The position numbers and the translations under genes are program-made. A DNA stretch of 63,972 nt, filler included, from Octopus bimaculoides (Eukaryota), in the NCBI RefSeq assembly GCF_001194135.2. It is 3 parts of 3 records of this genome, joined end to end, with 100 filler letters (N's around TTAATTAATTAA, not from the genome) between each part and the next. Parts side by side here need not be neighbours in the genome. Positions count along the whole stretch, not along the records: positions 23,418 to 38,017 come from NC_068990.1; positions 38,118 to 63,972 come from NC_068996.1; 1 more part is not named here. One strand, 5' to 3'. Positions 24,481 through 39,394 of the stretch are shown here, piece after piece. Numbering within the stretch: the stretch's first letter is position 1; each line of letters starts with the position of its first letter. A model generated the notes under the pieces. That model was given only the letters and a program-made list of their open reading frames with translations. It did not search any database and was not told the DNA's origin.

Positions 24481-26048
24481 CTAACTTTTGAACATCACTC
24501 TCTCTTGAAAGAATACTTCTGTATTTGGTTCTTTCTCTTCTTATTTTAGAACGGCTATTACATGATCATAATCCTCTTTTGGTACTATGTTTAAATTTGT
24601 GAGAAGGGCAGAAACAACAGCTGCATCAGATCGGTCTGACAGACCCTATCTATCACATTCTTGTGCAACTGTTGGTAAATTAATTCTCATTTGTCTATTT
24701 ACTTTTCTTTAATTTCTTTCTTTACAGTAGACATGCATTTTCGATGAACATTCCCCCTTTCCTCGCCCAGAACTATGCATTTTTTCTAATCCTTTTTCCT
24801 ACACAATACTTGTTTGCGTTGCACACCAGTCTACTCCACCAGGAAAGATATTCCACTGAGTCCTTTGATCAACTAAAAATTGTCTTTCTTCTACAGGCAC
24901 CTTCTTATCTCTGATACAAACACACTCACTAAACACTTCACATTTGCAGCAGGCTCTATCCAGTATGTTTACTCAAAGTAGTCTAAATTCGGAAATTCTT
25001 TTATCGTAACAATCACTGCCAATTCGAACAAGATTTTTCCTTAGATTGCAACATTTCTCATACCATGATTTAATTATTTATTTTATATGTTGAAAAGAGT
25101 AATGGATGCTCTATTCCATATCTCAATAAGAGAGGTTGCTAGTCTTGATGATATCATATCAACCTCACCTCGATTTGGAAGTTTTCTATAAGACTTTATG
25201 TACATGAATTTATAAAACATCGCTCACTGTTTGAAGAACGTTATCTTGGAAAAAAAACCTGATGGTCCCAAAAATAGGACATTCGTAAGAAGATCTTGTT
25301 GTCATGTTAGTAACAATTACACGTAATTATATAACAAGTTAACGCAAGAAACGTTTCCAGGAACACGATAACAGTTTTCCGTATAACTAAGAATAGGAAA
25401 CTGATTGAGCAGTGACAAAATGTTATGAAACGAAGCGAGTGGCAACACGTTTCAGTAAGAAGTCATACCTCCCATGATTTAAAAGCTTGAGAGGCGTTCA
25501 ACTAAAACAAATTGAAACTTGTTTATGCAAGCGAGTCTCAATATTTTCCAGGTTCATCCACACAGTCCTGCATATGTTTTAAAGCACTAATGCGTTTAGA
25601 AGGGGTCTGTATTTTGTGCAGTTTCTGTATTCATCACAAAATACAGACCCCTTCTGAACGCATCTACAACAAATGACATATCCACCACGACCATAGAATA
25701 ACACACACATAAATATTAAAAATGATAGACTCCAAATAGATACTCAAGGAATTATCAAAAAAAAATATGATCATATAAAAAAACAACCCGAATCACTACT
25801 CACTCGACTAGTTACTATCACACTATCCTGCATTCTATTATTACTATTTCTCTTCTCCCCATCCCTCCCCTTCTCCGCCAACTTCTTCCTTTCCACCACC
25901 TCCTCCCTTTCTTTATTACTATTACTACTACTGCTGTTTAGAATAACAGCTACGCAAACATTATAAACAATACAGATCACTACGACCGTCAACAGGTCAA
26001 TGTCAGGACACCCAACCAATTAACACTCTGTACTTTCATAGCACCCCC

Positions 26049-26079
<31 letters not shown>

Positions 26080-26093
26080 CTTCTTCTTCTTCT

Positions 26094-26126
<33 letters not shown>

Positions 26127-29100
26127 CCTTCTTAGCCAAGAATTCACAAGGAGCTCCAGCCCACAAGAGTTAACAAGTGAAACAGACAGACAGAAACAAG
26201 AAAAAATGTCCCTGGTATTTGAATACAATAANNNNNNNNNNNNNNNNNNNNNNNNNNNNNNNNNNNNNNNNNNNNNNNNNNNNNNNNNNNNNNNNNNNNN
26301 NNNNNNNNNNNNNNNNNNNNNNNNNNNNNNNNNNNNNNNNNNNNNNNNNNNNNNNNNNNNNNNNNNNNNNNNNNNNNNNNNNNNNNNNNNNNNNNNNNNN
26401 NNNNNNNNNNNNNNNNNNNNNNNNNNNNNNNNNNNNNNNNNNNNNNNNNNNNNNNNNNNNNNNNNNNNNNNNNNNNNNNNNNNNNNNNNNNNNNNNNNNN
26501 NNNNNNNNNNNNNNNNNNNNNNNNNNNNNNNNNNNNNNNNNNNNNNNNNNNNNNNNNNNNNNNNNNNNNNNNNNNNNNNNNNNGGGAGAGAGAGAGAGAG
26601 GGGGAGAGAGAGAGACCTGTATGCAGGAAATATGTTTATATATAAAATCTGCCTGATGTCAATTTCTACTTAAGTGATATTTAAGGGAAGTAGTGAATTA
26701 GAAAACAGTTTACCATTAAAGAAATAGTGGCGAAAAGATCTTAAATGTTCTGCTTGTCAAAAAAACCTATCGAGTGCTGGAAGCATTTTCTGCCATTTTC
26801 GGTTAAAACCCAAATGAAGAAGAGTCTTTTCTCTCATCGGCGAGAGGTTAAGAAAGTCTCGTTGCAAACATGAAATATGTTCATTATGCTAGTAAGTTAG
26901 TGAGGGCTAGTGCCATGTGAGGGAATTTCATATAGGCAAATGTGTTTATTCTCGCCTTATATATATGCGTATAATATTTCCATTTTCCAGACATTAAAAC
27001 CCATAGAAAGTTAAATAAAATAAAACAGTAAAGACTTTTTAAGCAGTTCTGTTTAGGCAAGCATAATAATTAGAATATAATTAGATTAACATTCACGTTA
27101 ATAATTGTTACAGTATTACATATTAATATAAGAATTCCTTGCATATCTCATTTTAACTATATATCAACGCCATCTATTAATTGTTACTTTTGCTATGTAA
27201 TTATGCACGAAGATATAGTTTCTGTTGTCATAGTAACATTTTCGTAAATATGTACTTGCCATTCTCGCACATAGTTACAACATGTGCACAAACAAAAGAC
27301 AGAAATAGTTGAACATATATGCATCCACGTGCATTCCCAGTTACGTGCATGATGTGAATTGATGTAACACATGCACACTTACATATATAGTGTATTTAAA
27401 AACGCCATTAACGAACACTCATATAACATGTAAACATTGTAGCCATTCATATCTTTCCAATAAAGCCACTTAAATACACACGCGCGCGCACAAGCACATA
27501 CATGCATACGTACATAGCGAGCTGAAGAAACCTTTCGCTTTTACACGTTTATTCTTGCAAAAGCAGCAAATGCAAGCAAACTTCAAAAACAACTGCATAT
27601 ACCCTCTCAAAATGTGTACCAGAACACACCAGTTATAATTAAGCAAAATATCTCACTGGCATTTACTCATACCACGCAGAGCTACATGCAACAGCGCAAC
27701 ACGCAATGACATACACAACACGCAATGAACACAGCACACGGATATTTCACCACACATCCAGCTCTATTACAAACAAGCTATCCTATAATCTGAACCTCAC
27801 GGCAAATCACGCAACTACTATACATCCCTGCATCGCTGCAAGTACACATACAAACCAAATATTTTTTGTACACGCATACACATAACTCCCGACCATACGT
27901 CCTTTGTTAGAAAGCATCTAGAGGGTTACATGTACGACATTTATCATTAGTTATCTATCTATATCTGTAACTATCTCTCTCTGTATCTATCTATCTGTCT
28001 ATCTTTCTATCTGTCTCTCTCTCTCTGTCTCTCTCTCTCTGTCTGTCTGTCTCTCTCTGTCTGTATCTCTCTCTCTCTCTTTATATACATATATATATAT
28101 ATATATATANNNNNNNNNNNNNNNNNNNNNNNNNNNNNNNNNNNNNNNNNNNNNNNNNNNNNNNNNNNNNNNNNNNNNNNNNNNNNNNNNNNNNNNNNNN
28201 NNNNNNNNNNNNNNNNNNNNNNNNNNNNNNNNNNNNNNNNNNNNNNNNNNNNNNNNNNNNNNNNNNNNNNNNNNNNNNNNNNNNNNNNNNNNNNNNNNNN
28301 NNNNNNNNNNNNNNNNNNNNNNNNNNNNNNNNNNNNNNNNNNNNNNNNNNNNNNNNNNNNNNNNNNNNNNNNNNNNNNNNNNNNNNNNNNNNNNNNNNNN
28401 NNNNNNNNNNNNNNNNNNNNNNNNNNNNNNNNNNNNNNNNNNNNNNNNNNNNNNNNNNNNNNNNNNNNNNNNNNNNNNNNNNNNNNNNNNNNNNNNNNNN
28501 NNNNNNNNNNNNNNNNNNNNNNNNNNNNNNNNNNNNNNNNNNNNNNNNNNNNNNNNNNNNNNNNNNNNNNNNNNNNNNNNNNNNNNNNNNNNNNNNNNNN
28601 NNNNNNNNNNNNNNNNNNNNNNNNNNNNNNNNNNNNNNNNNNNNNNNNNNNNNNNNNNNNNNNNNNNNNNNNNNNNNNNNNNNNNNNNNNNNNNNNNNNN
28701 NNNNNNNNNNNNNNNNNNNNNNNNNNNNNNNNNNNNNNNNNNNNNNNNNNNNNNNNNNNNNNNNNNNNNNNNNNNNNNNNNNNNNNNNNNNNNNNNNNNN
28801 NNNNNNNNNNNNNNNNNNNNNNNNNNNNNNNNNNNNNNNNTATATATATATATATATATATCAATACACACGCAAGCAAACAAATACATAAACACACTCG
28901 AGCGTGCACGCACACTGACGGGAAAATACACGCGCACATACACTCCTATACATAAGGTACAACATTTCCGCAACAAACGTGATCCAGGCCTGCAAAAAAA
29001 ACTCATGTCACAACACAACACACTTTTTTCCAGCTTCCTAGGTTTTGCTTATGCCCTTTTTGTTAGATACACATATTTAGTTGGTGAGTTCTATTAAGTA

Positions 29101-29167
29101 GTTAGACATAGGTACATACAAACATACATTCATGCATCCATACATACTTAATACTTAATTCATACAT

Positions 29168-29198
<31 letters not shown>

Positions 29199-29749
29199 TT
29201 GCAATTTCCTAAACACCTGTATTGTGATGGATAAACGTGCAGTACAAATAGCTCAACTAACTGTTCTCTAGCTAAACCTAAAATTACAAGGCATACACAT
29301 TTGAAATGTAAAGAAGAAAATGCAGTGCCCATTACACGGGTAGATTGTCACTCTCGGAGTATGAATACAAAACACACACACATGCACAAATACACGTATG
29401 TTGCAATGTGTAACATCAAGCTTGATTTTGTAAAATTGTTCACTGTTACTCAGAGTTTTATTGTTTTCAAAAATAGTCTTAGATTTTGCCTACCGTCGAT
29501 ATTTTAAGAGATAAGCATGTCTTTTTATCGGAAGAAAGATATGCGTTGTTGCGGTAGATTTTTATTAAATCTATTTACATTGTGCGACAATATCAGTCAT
29601 GCAGCATTTTTGTAATCAATTTGTGTATCTCACTTTAAGCTAAACAACAAATGTAAGTAGGCATATGATGGGATAACTCTAGAAATGCATATTGAAGAGT
29701 GTGTCTTATTACTGTGAGCTCTTTTGTCTTTACGTGCATGTAACTATAC

Positions 29750-30790
29750 ATAATCTACCGTCATAGCAGTGTCCCATTTTTCCTTGATATCATTGCTCAA
29801 CTGCAGCAATGTCCTTATGGAATCCTTCACCAGGCTCCTCACTTACCTGACCTACGTTTCAGGAAAGAAGTCTAAATTTGAATACAAAATGTGCTCCTTC
29901 AAGGGCATTCAATAGTTCTTTAGCTGCTTGTAGTTGGGATCTTTGTTGTTACCTTGGAAACCATGAACTATACTATCATATGCGCACCATATTTTTTCGA
30001 CATCACACATTGCTTTTCAAGTTTCTCTGACCTCAATATTTTCCATTTTTCGGTCAGTAAAGACATCGCCCTTAACCTGTGCCTCAGATAGATTCCGAAA
30101 GAGTAGACGAATTTCATGAATGGCTGTTCCACCATGATCTAAGGTCTTCACAAACCGTTTGTCCAAATCCAGTTTTATGTGACGTAGACGTAACAAAACC
30201 TTGAAAAACTCTACAACAGTTTGCATGTCATTTCGTAGGGGTGGGGTGAGGATACTGAACCCTCCATTAATATTCATGAGAAGCTCTGCTGTCCTATACG
30301 AAGCAAAAGCACGAATAGTTTGTGTATCCACCCTACAAGGCAAGCAAGAAGACGAGCATCTTAAAATCACCATAAAAATTCAACTCAAAGTCTGTAAAGT
30401 GTACTTTCTGAAGAATCCTTTTGATATTTCCATATTGTTCTTTCATCCGTAAATAACATGGGATAGGCAAGTGAATACAGATTTCTATTGTACAGTAAAA
30501 CTGCTTTGAGATTTCTTGATGAGTTTTCTGTGAAAATTCGCAATGCTTTTGGGTCATGATCAATTGCAATAGCTATAATCAAGTCATTTATTTCAGTGCA
30601 GAAGTGCAGATCTTTATAAATATCACAGTATACTCCGAATTCCTCATCTCCTTTCCTGTACATTGTTGATTAGCACTGCTCCCTTACCAAATTCCATTTG
30701 TTCAGCCTGGATGCTAAATGTTCAGCTATTGACTTGGTGAAATTAAAGTCCCTGATTAGATCAACCAGTCTTATCAGAGAGAAATGAATC
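29750..30790 (-). mobile_element. DDE transposase relic, Chapaev-like (CMC superfamily)
   Basis: LRIFTENSSRNLKAVLLYNRN; VLLRLRHIKLDLDKRFVKTLD...LSEAQVKGDVF; SNLDFFPET.GQVSEEPGEGFHKDIAAVEQ*YQGKW. Matches the WRLFIDSS..SLKAVLLHNGN / LHIKLGLMK.FVKA / HLDFFP.NLG.VSDE.GERFHQDI...E.RYQG.W family. The Chapaev label is from memory. Confidence 0.7.
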
Positions 30791-31341
30791 TAGCATACCT
30801 GTTGATTATCATGAAAAGTGGTGTAGCTTATTACTGGTCATGCATTAGAGGCTTACATTAAACCAAAATCATGATTTTCCCTAGCCAGCCCAAATTTTGT
30901 GTGCATATGATACGATGGGGAATTTTTCCCCCTTAAACATTACATTTGTTAGTAATTAGAGCAATTTGAAATATCTTAACAATGGATGATGGCAGCGGAC
31001 AAGTAAAATCCTTATCGGAATCGGCGCCAGAAAATTAAGTTTGGAAACGTGTACCGGTACAATGGTGAATGTCAGTAGCCAATTAAATGTTCTTCTGAAA
31101 AATATCGTTTGTTGAGTTTAATACTTAAATGTCTTTCAGAATCTAACTCTTACTTTATAGAAATTTGGTACATTTATGTTTGTAAAAGTACGTTTTCTAT
31201 TGTGTGTGCTAGACACTTTATCTTCCTCCTCCCCCTCATCATCATCGTTTAACGACCGCCCGCAATGCTAGAGGATATCGGTAATTATGTATGTGTACTC
31301 ACCCTCCCTACATTGTCTCCCCCCTCTCTCTCTCTACTCTC

Positions 31342-31382
<41 letters not shown>

Positions 31383-32962
31383 TTATGTATTCATACATAT
31401 ATATTTGTATAAGTGTGTATGTGTTTGTGTGTGGACGCGCGTGCGTATTCATATTCTCTTCTATCTCTCCCTTGCTACCTTTTATTCTGTTTATAAATTG
31501 ACACAAATGAAACTAACAACAATGGCAAAACTAAAAACAAAAAATTCATGACTACAGTAATAATGATGATGATGATCATGATGATTAAATCGCCTCAATT
31601 TAAATACAAGTAATATTTAACACAGAGTGTCGGGTGAAATAAAAATTCAAAAGGAGATTATTAAGAAATTTAAAGATTAGAAAGGAATTTTTCTCTCTCC
31701 AATTCTTTCATTTAACTACGATAAATATTCAAGATGGCAAATATTGCTTTGCAATTCTATTACTTAATTCTGCTAAAATCCTCACCTTATCCAAAAGCAA
31801 ACATAGAGCCAGACATAGCGAAATTAAAAGAAATTATAAACAAACATGAAAATAATCAGATATATTGATTCGTAAATAAGTTATGAAATAATAGTCTTTT
31901 TTAATGTAAAATATTGGGTTTTTTAATGAATGACCACGCACTATCATGACATGAACATTTTTAACAAGTCGCTTGAATGTAATTGTTTAAGGAAGATAAT
32001 ATTTTTATCAACACTAATGCAAAATAAATAAATAATAGATTTGCCTATGTTTGATTTATATACACAATGGGTAAATATTTCAATCATAATGGAGGTTGTT
32101 CTGCGCTGCATACACTCTAGAAACGCTTGCCAGACCAGACCGGACTAATGTTCAAATATTTGATATGTTTGAGCTTGAACTAGAAAAATGAATGTTCTAT
32201 TATTATAAATGTTTTCAGGGTAAAATGTAGGGAATCATAAACATAGGATTGACAGGTTTTTCTCGCACATCCAGTGAATGGATTTTATGCTTTTATGTAA
32301 ACAAGTTTTTTTAAGGATTATTAGCGAGGTTTAATGTTATTAATAAAACAACAAATTCTACAGTCACATTATGTCGTTTTGAATCATTGTGTTATGTGTT
32401 GAATATACTGAAACAATTTAGCATACAATAAACCTGTATTTAACTAAAAAAAAAAAGAAAGAGAAATCGTTCTAATAACTTATAATACAGGGGAATTAGT
32501 TCATTGCATTACTTTTGTAAATACCATCGTCATCATTATTTATATTAGCGAAGATATATTCACATAGCAAGTGTTTTGATCTGAGATCGTACGCTGTATA
32601 TAGAGCGATTGCAATGCAGGATATATAAGTTAGACATTCAGAAACACACAAAATGTTTAACTTCACTGAAACATTTCGAAGATGGTGTCAAAATGTTCGT
32701 GTTTCGTATCAGCGACCTGTTGAGTTATGAAATTGTTTGTCACATCTGAGTGTTTTTAAAAATACTGCGATAATTATCGTTTGTGACGTTTTTGATCTTA
32801 TTTTCGATGTGATGGATTATGTCACGCGTTCTGTTTGGGGATAGGGCCTATAGCCTATTTTTACTATGAGATTTCAGCATTCGCACTAATTGTACCTTTG
32901 GCATTGAATTGTTCATTTTGTTGCATAGATAGTGTCCAACATAGCAAATTCAGTAAATATCA

Positions 32963-33011
<49 letters not shown>

Positions 33012-33699
33012 ATATGAGAGACATGAATGTATTGTCTGAAGATAGAGAAATATAATGATAAGTGAATTAGGAATGATCAAAATGAATGCAGAGAAACACA
33101 TAGCAATTGATCAACACTTAAACATCTATACAGATTCCTGAAAAAATAGCACAACTGGTATCTCACTTGGGAGAGAAAATAAGGTAAATAGCAACGCTTC
33201 AACACATGAGCAATAATACTCCATGAATCCGAAGAAGTGAATATTCGCAGACATAGCAAAATATAAATGTCTAGCGAAATTGTGCAGCCTCTAGACATAT
33301 TCACAATCTGACAATAAAGAAAATATATTATATTTTCGAAGTCAATATAAGTAAGCATTTTTATTGCTAATATACTTTATTATTTACTTACGTTATGCAA
33401 AAAAAAAAAGTAGTAACTTTTCTGTATAACTTAAGAACCTGATTTGTTAGAGATGAACAAAGAACACCATGAATCACTATTTGCCGTACATATCTTTGAA
33501 AAGATACCGTACAGTAAAAAAAAAAAATCTTGCAGGACAGTATTATCTTTGTTAGTGAGGTTGTATATACAACCTAATGACCAATGTATCTAGTGAACTA
33601 CCCTCTCATTAAAAGAAAATGTAAAAATAAAAAAATAGAAAAGGAGACAATTAAAATAAAGGGGAAAAGGAAAGAAAATTTACAGCGACAATGCTCTTG

Positions 33700-34245
33700 T
33701 CAATACGTGTAACGTACCTGTTGAGACAATCTTTGGCACTTCCTGCATGGATGCTATGTCATGGATCATTCTTAAGTAGTTTTCAGTTCCTTTTCTTGAT
33801 CGTTCTAAGTGCTCCTAGAATCAGTGTTATTGAAACAGTCTTAAGATGCCACATTTTCCGATTTCGATTAGCTGAACTTTATATATTTTCACAGCGTATC
33901 AAATTCTTTTGCCGAGATGTTATGGTCGTAGGATATGCACATGTCAATCAATAAAGGGACTTTATGGCTTTGTCTTTCACAACAATATTTGGTACATTTG
34001 CCTTGATGATCCGATCTGTACATACTGGGATACAGCATCAGGGTGCTGCTTGTACCATTTGGTAGCAGTTTTGATTTTATAATGCCCACACATTATCCAA
34101 TGTGCTAAAACATTATATCCAGAGATTAGCTGGTCGACTGCCTCTAACCCATCGTTGCAGTATCGGCACTTTGGGTCTACACCATTTATCATAACATTGG
34201 CTTGGGAAGCCAAGATAAAGCCTTCACTTTCAACATTTATTATTC
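33700..34245 (-). mobile_element. C-terminal CCHC + REL-endonuclease relic of an R4/Dong-like non-LTR retrotransposon
   Basis: DPKCRYCNDGLEAVDQLISG...HWIMCGHYKIKTATKWYKQHP; PNIVVKDK...LID; MWHLKTVSITLILGAL. Confidence 0.7.
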
Positions 34246-34830
34246 AAAATGACAATTAGACTGAAATACGATCGATGTTTTCTAGCTTCTTTACTTTTAA
34301 CAATGAAGAAGAGGGAAAGACATTTGGTAGCGAATAGGTGGAAAGTATTTAGGGTATTTACGTTTTCATTCTGGGAGTTCTAGAACGATCGAGGTTTAGT
34401 TTTCTCTTCTTTCTCCCACTCCCGGTACTTATTTCACTTCTGAAAAGACAATATTTTCTTTTCAGGCGCTTTTAAAGTTTTCTCTACAAACTTAAAAGAA
34501 GCTCTCCGCCGCTGCCTTCTTCCAGTAAAGGGTGGTGCTCCACTATGGCCACAGTGAAATGATTGACACAAGTAAAAGAATAGAAGAATACCAGAAGAAC
34601 TTTCCGTAGAAGGTTCTTTGAACGTGTACGATGTATTTTAAGCTAAATTGTAATTCTATTTACATTTGCGTAAACGAGATATTTTAGTTCGATTTTATAG
34701 TTATTTGTTTTACACTTCTTTCTATATTCTGTAAGTGTCACAATATAGAAGCATTTCTCATAGCACCAGAACACAATTTACAGATGCTTACACTTTTTTA
34801 TCTTTCGTGAGATATTAACGGGTCCAGCTA

Positions 34831-34901
<71 letters not shown>

Positions 34902-35108
34902 ATTCACCTAGAACAGCTACATTTATATTTATGTGTCTTAGGATTTATTAGCACTTATTTTATTTGTGATTGCTGTTATATTTTCATTGCCAACCGTAAT
35001 ATATACGTAATCATAGAGGACTATTTCTGCACTGTGTCTCAATACATATGTATGTCTTTACATAAGTATATATATCTTTTCATAATCATTCATATTATAA
35101 GTATTAAT

Positions 35109-35252
35109 AAGGTGGTGAGCTAGCAGAATCGTTACTGTTTCGGACAAAATGCTTAAAGGTATTTCTTCCGTCTTTACTTTCTGAGTTTATATTCTATCGA
35201 GGTCGACTTTGCTTTTCATCCGCTCAAAATCGATGAGATCATTACCAGCTGA
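35109..35252 (+). mobile_element. SINE family A, decayed
   Basis: ggtggtgagctagcagaatcgttac...gaggtcgactttgcttttcatcc. Confidence 0.75.
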
Positions 35253-36288
35253 CGGCCGGCCTCAATATAATCTGCTAGTACACTTTCCCCAAAAGTTTAG
35301 TCTTTGTCTCAATATAAGAAAGGAATATATATATTAATATGCCGGATGTTTCTGGTGGACGTACGCACGATTTGTTTAACAGTATTGCCAACTGTTTATA
35401 ATTGAAAAATGTGCTGCTACACTTTGGAGAAAAATCGTAAATTTAAAATTGATATTTCAATTATACAGTTTTTCTTTTATAGTTCTTGACAGTATTTTGT
35501 CGATTAGACGTGATCACCCGCTGGCGCACAACTTCGTGAGGAATTTATATATTCCTTGATGATCGGGCTACTTTTTTCCATTTTCTGAAGCGTTTCCCGT
35601 GAATATTTATGCTCTGAATTTGTATTAGCATCGCATATCATCTTTATTCTAGATGTTTTAGCAAAGTTTGCTTTTACGAGTAATGGTAGAATCCCATTGT
35701 AAAGAGGATGCCTCTAAAGAAAGTAAAAATATCTTGAAATTTTGTCAGAATATTTAAAGTTAGTAATTATTTGAAATATTCCAATAAAAATAAAATTATA
35801 CACTTAAAAAATAAAACGCAGCTATAGCCTAAATCTGTTAACCAGAAGAACATTAAGAAATTTTGGCAGAAAGATGGAAACTTGCCAATTCTAGCTGTCA
35901 GTGGTAACGTTGATTTTAAAAGCAGTGAAGGCAAAATATATGGACTCTTGAAAATCTGAAATAAATATTAAATGAAGACTATAAAATTATATGTGGAATA
36001 AAAATCTACTATATCGTGATTTTCTGTTGAAATTTGAAATCTGGCAAAACGAAAGATACACTCCAAGTTAGTCCTACAAAAAAAAATTAATAAACATTTC
36101 GGATTTCTGAAAAGATTGGAGGTATAACTATGCACGCGTGTGCGCAAAACGCGCGCACGTATACATACACATACATATATGCACACAAAACATACACACA
36201 TACGCACATAAACGAACACACACACCGGCACACACATACATACTTACACAATATGTATGTATGTATATGGATATATGTGTTTGTATTA

Positions 36289-36341
<53 letters not shown>

Positions 36342-36724
36342 NNNNNNNNNNNNNNNNNNNNNNNNNNNNNNNNNNNNNNNNNNNNNNNNNNNNNNNNNNN
36401 NNNNNNNNNNNNNNNNNNNNNNNNNNNNNNNNNNNNNNNNNNNNNNNNNNNNNNNNNNNNNNNNNNNNNNNNNNNNNNNNNNNNNNNNNNNNNNNNNNNN
36501 NNNNNNNNNNNNNNNNNNNNNNNNNNNNNNNNNNNNNNNNNNNNNNNNNNNNNNNNNNNNNNNNNNNNNNNNNNNNNNNNNNNNNNNNNNNNNNNNNNNN
36601 NNNNNNNNNNNNNNNNNNNNNNNNNNNNNNNNNNNNNNNNNNNNNNNNNNNNNNNNNNNNNNNNNNNNNNNNNNNNNNNNNNNNNNNNNNNNNNNNNNNN
36701 NNNNNNNNNNNNNNNNNNNNNNNN

Positions 36725-36768
<44 letters not shown>

Positions 36769-38017
36769 CTAGGTGACGTATCCGGTAATTCCCGAAAGAG
36801 CAGGACTTATCTCTTAGTTCCGTTTTCATAATTGTTTCGCTAATCCAATTACAGCAATACAAAGTATGTAGCCCTTAACACTGTTTTTATGCATTTACAG
36901 AGATTACCGAACAGTCATAGACATGATCCTGTTTTAGGAAATCCCAATAAGTTATGAATACCTAAATTGTGAAGTCAGTTACGTATTAACATGAAATTGG
37001 TAACCCGATGGTAAGAATTCAAATAAAGTTGCCCCGAAAATGACTTTAATGCGTTCTCCCAGAATGTATACAACTTTGGAAGACAGAGCAAAAATGTATG
37101 TATACCGAAATCGTGAAGCCTGTAACCTAATAACAGGCTAATCAGATATGACATAACATTGCAAAATTAAAAATTCTGAAAAGGCTTTTGTGCCTTCCCA
37201 GACAATATTCCCTCATTAGGGCTAGTGTTGAAGTAGATGTGCAATGAATGCAGAAGCAGAATGACATTCATTTTTGCAGAAGACATACAAATGAATTTGC
37301 ATATAGATTTTAAAATAAAATAACATGTAGATTATTAATGCATTCACAACAATTAAGAAAACATCAGCACAGCTATTAATATGGATTCAGAAAATGCTGC
37401 TACATCTACACAGCGTGTGAATTGTATGAAGGCAGTGCAGATTGCAATGTTATTGATAGATAAATGCCGATTTCTGTCTGCGTGCGTGGTTGGTTGTTAC
37501 ATAGAGTGAATCGTTAGAAAACATTAACACATCTATCAATACAAATTAAGGTGTTCCTACATGCAAACAGGGTGTGACATTTGTGATGGCAATACACTTG
37601 TCTAAAAGCAGAGCAGTTCTTACTGCAGCTCCTGTCAATTGGCTTAAGTGACATGAAATATACCATTCATGGTATATTCGTGAATAAGTCAGAAACGGAA
37701 ATATTGTTGAATGGTTTTGCCGCAGTTGTCGGGCGCACACCGCACGGGAACTCGAATTAGATCTTTTTTAAGAAAGCGTTCCAGCATGTAAACAGCATGT
37801 GTCCTTTATGACAGTGCATATGACCAGCGGGCGGAAATCATGAATAAGGGATTTATTCCCCTTCCTATTAATAGTTATTATTAATGATTTTTCTTTAATA
37901 ATTCTTTGCATTTTATATTAATTACTCTTTGAGTAATATATACGTATACGTACACACAAACACATACGTACACATTCATATATATGTATAAGTATATATA
38001 TATATATATATATATAT

Positions 38018-38117
38018 NNNNNNNNNNNNNNNNNNNNNNNNNNNNNNNNNNNNNNNNNNNNTTAATTAATTAANNNNNNNNNNNNNNNNNNNNNNNNNNN
38101 NNNNNNNNNNNNNNNNN
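38018..38117. other. Artificial 100-bp scaffolding spacer
   Basis: 44 N + TTAATTAATTAA + 44 N. Confidence 0.9.
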
Positions 38118-38324
38118 TATATATATATATATATATATATATATCAGCAGAATTTACAGAGTAGCTCACGGACTAAGAGTTTCGTTCGTTGGCACTCATC
38201 AAATTTTTGATAAATGCAAACACACGAACGAACATCATGTTGTCTCTTATTTTCCCTTTGATATATATATGGCTTTCTATCACCAAAGCTATGGTTGTGT
38301 GTTTTTGTGCATGTGTGTGTGTGC

Positions 38325-38356
<32 letters not shown>

Positions 38357-38483
38357 GTTTGCGTGTGTGCGTCTGTGTGTGTGTGTGATATATATGTATA
38401 TGTGTGTCTATATTGTCTCTATTTTTACCTACCTCCCTCCCCATCTATCTGTCTGTCTATCTATCTGTCTGTTTGTCTTTCTT

Positions 38484-38525
<42 letters not shown>

Positions 38526-39053
38526 CATCTTTCTGTCTGTCTGTCCACCTGTCTGTTTGTCTTTTTGCCTTTCTGTCTGTCTGTCTAACTCCACCTTTTC
38601 TGCCTTTGTGTTTCTGTCAGTGAGCTTATGCCTTAGCTCACCTACTTAAAGGTTTGTTGCGCCTGAATTATGATCATCAAAGTTTAGCAGATATCTTCCT
38701 CACACACACACACACACACACATTTACAAATGAAAACCTATAATAGAGAGAAAAGAAAATCAATTCAAGAAAATAAAAATATAAAGAAGACAGAGAAATC
38801 ATCCATACTTTCCATCCACTGGGAAAAGACCTTTACCATCTATGTTGCTGATTTAAGTAAGATTTATGACCGATGATGTGCCAAAGCGGAGCGAAAGTTG
38901 TTTCTATATGATTGAGGCAAAGATATACATTTACTCCAAGGAAAACTATATCAAAAGATTTGGAGTTCTCAACTGCTTATTCTATGTTATTTTTGTTACT
39001 ATTTGTGTGCACATGCGTGCGTGTATGTGTGTATATGATAGGAGAAAAACACC

Positions 39054-39096
<43 letters not shown>

Positions 39097-39097
39097 G

Positions 39098-39136
<39 letters not shown>

Positions 39137-39335
39137 NNNNNNNNNNNNNNNNNNNNNNNNNNNNNNNNNNNNNNNNNNNNNNNNNNNNNNNNNNNNNNNN
39201 NNNNNNNNNNNNNNNNNNNNNNNNNNNNNNNNNNNNNNNNNNNNNNNNNNNNNNNNNNNNNNNNNNNNNNNNNNNNNNNNNNNNNNNNNNNNNNNNNNNN
39301 NNNNNNNNNNNNNNNNNNNNNNNNNNNNNNNNNNN

Positions 39336-39394
<59 letters not shown>

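Noticed and set aside
33134-33183. Possible 50-nt exon (IPEKIAQLVSHLGEKI, AAG|GTAAAT donor)
   Set aside because: Weak acceptor, unrecognised peptide, and no partner exons identified.
38870-38900. CCGATGA...GCGAAAG motif
   Set aside because: No convincing stem II or cleavage triplet.
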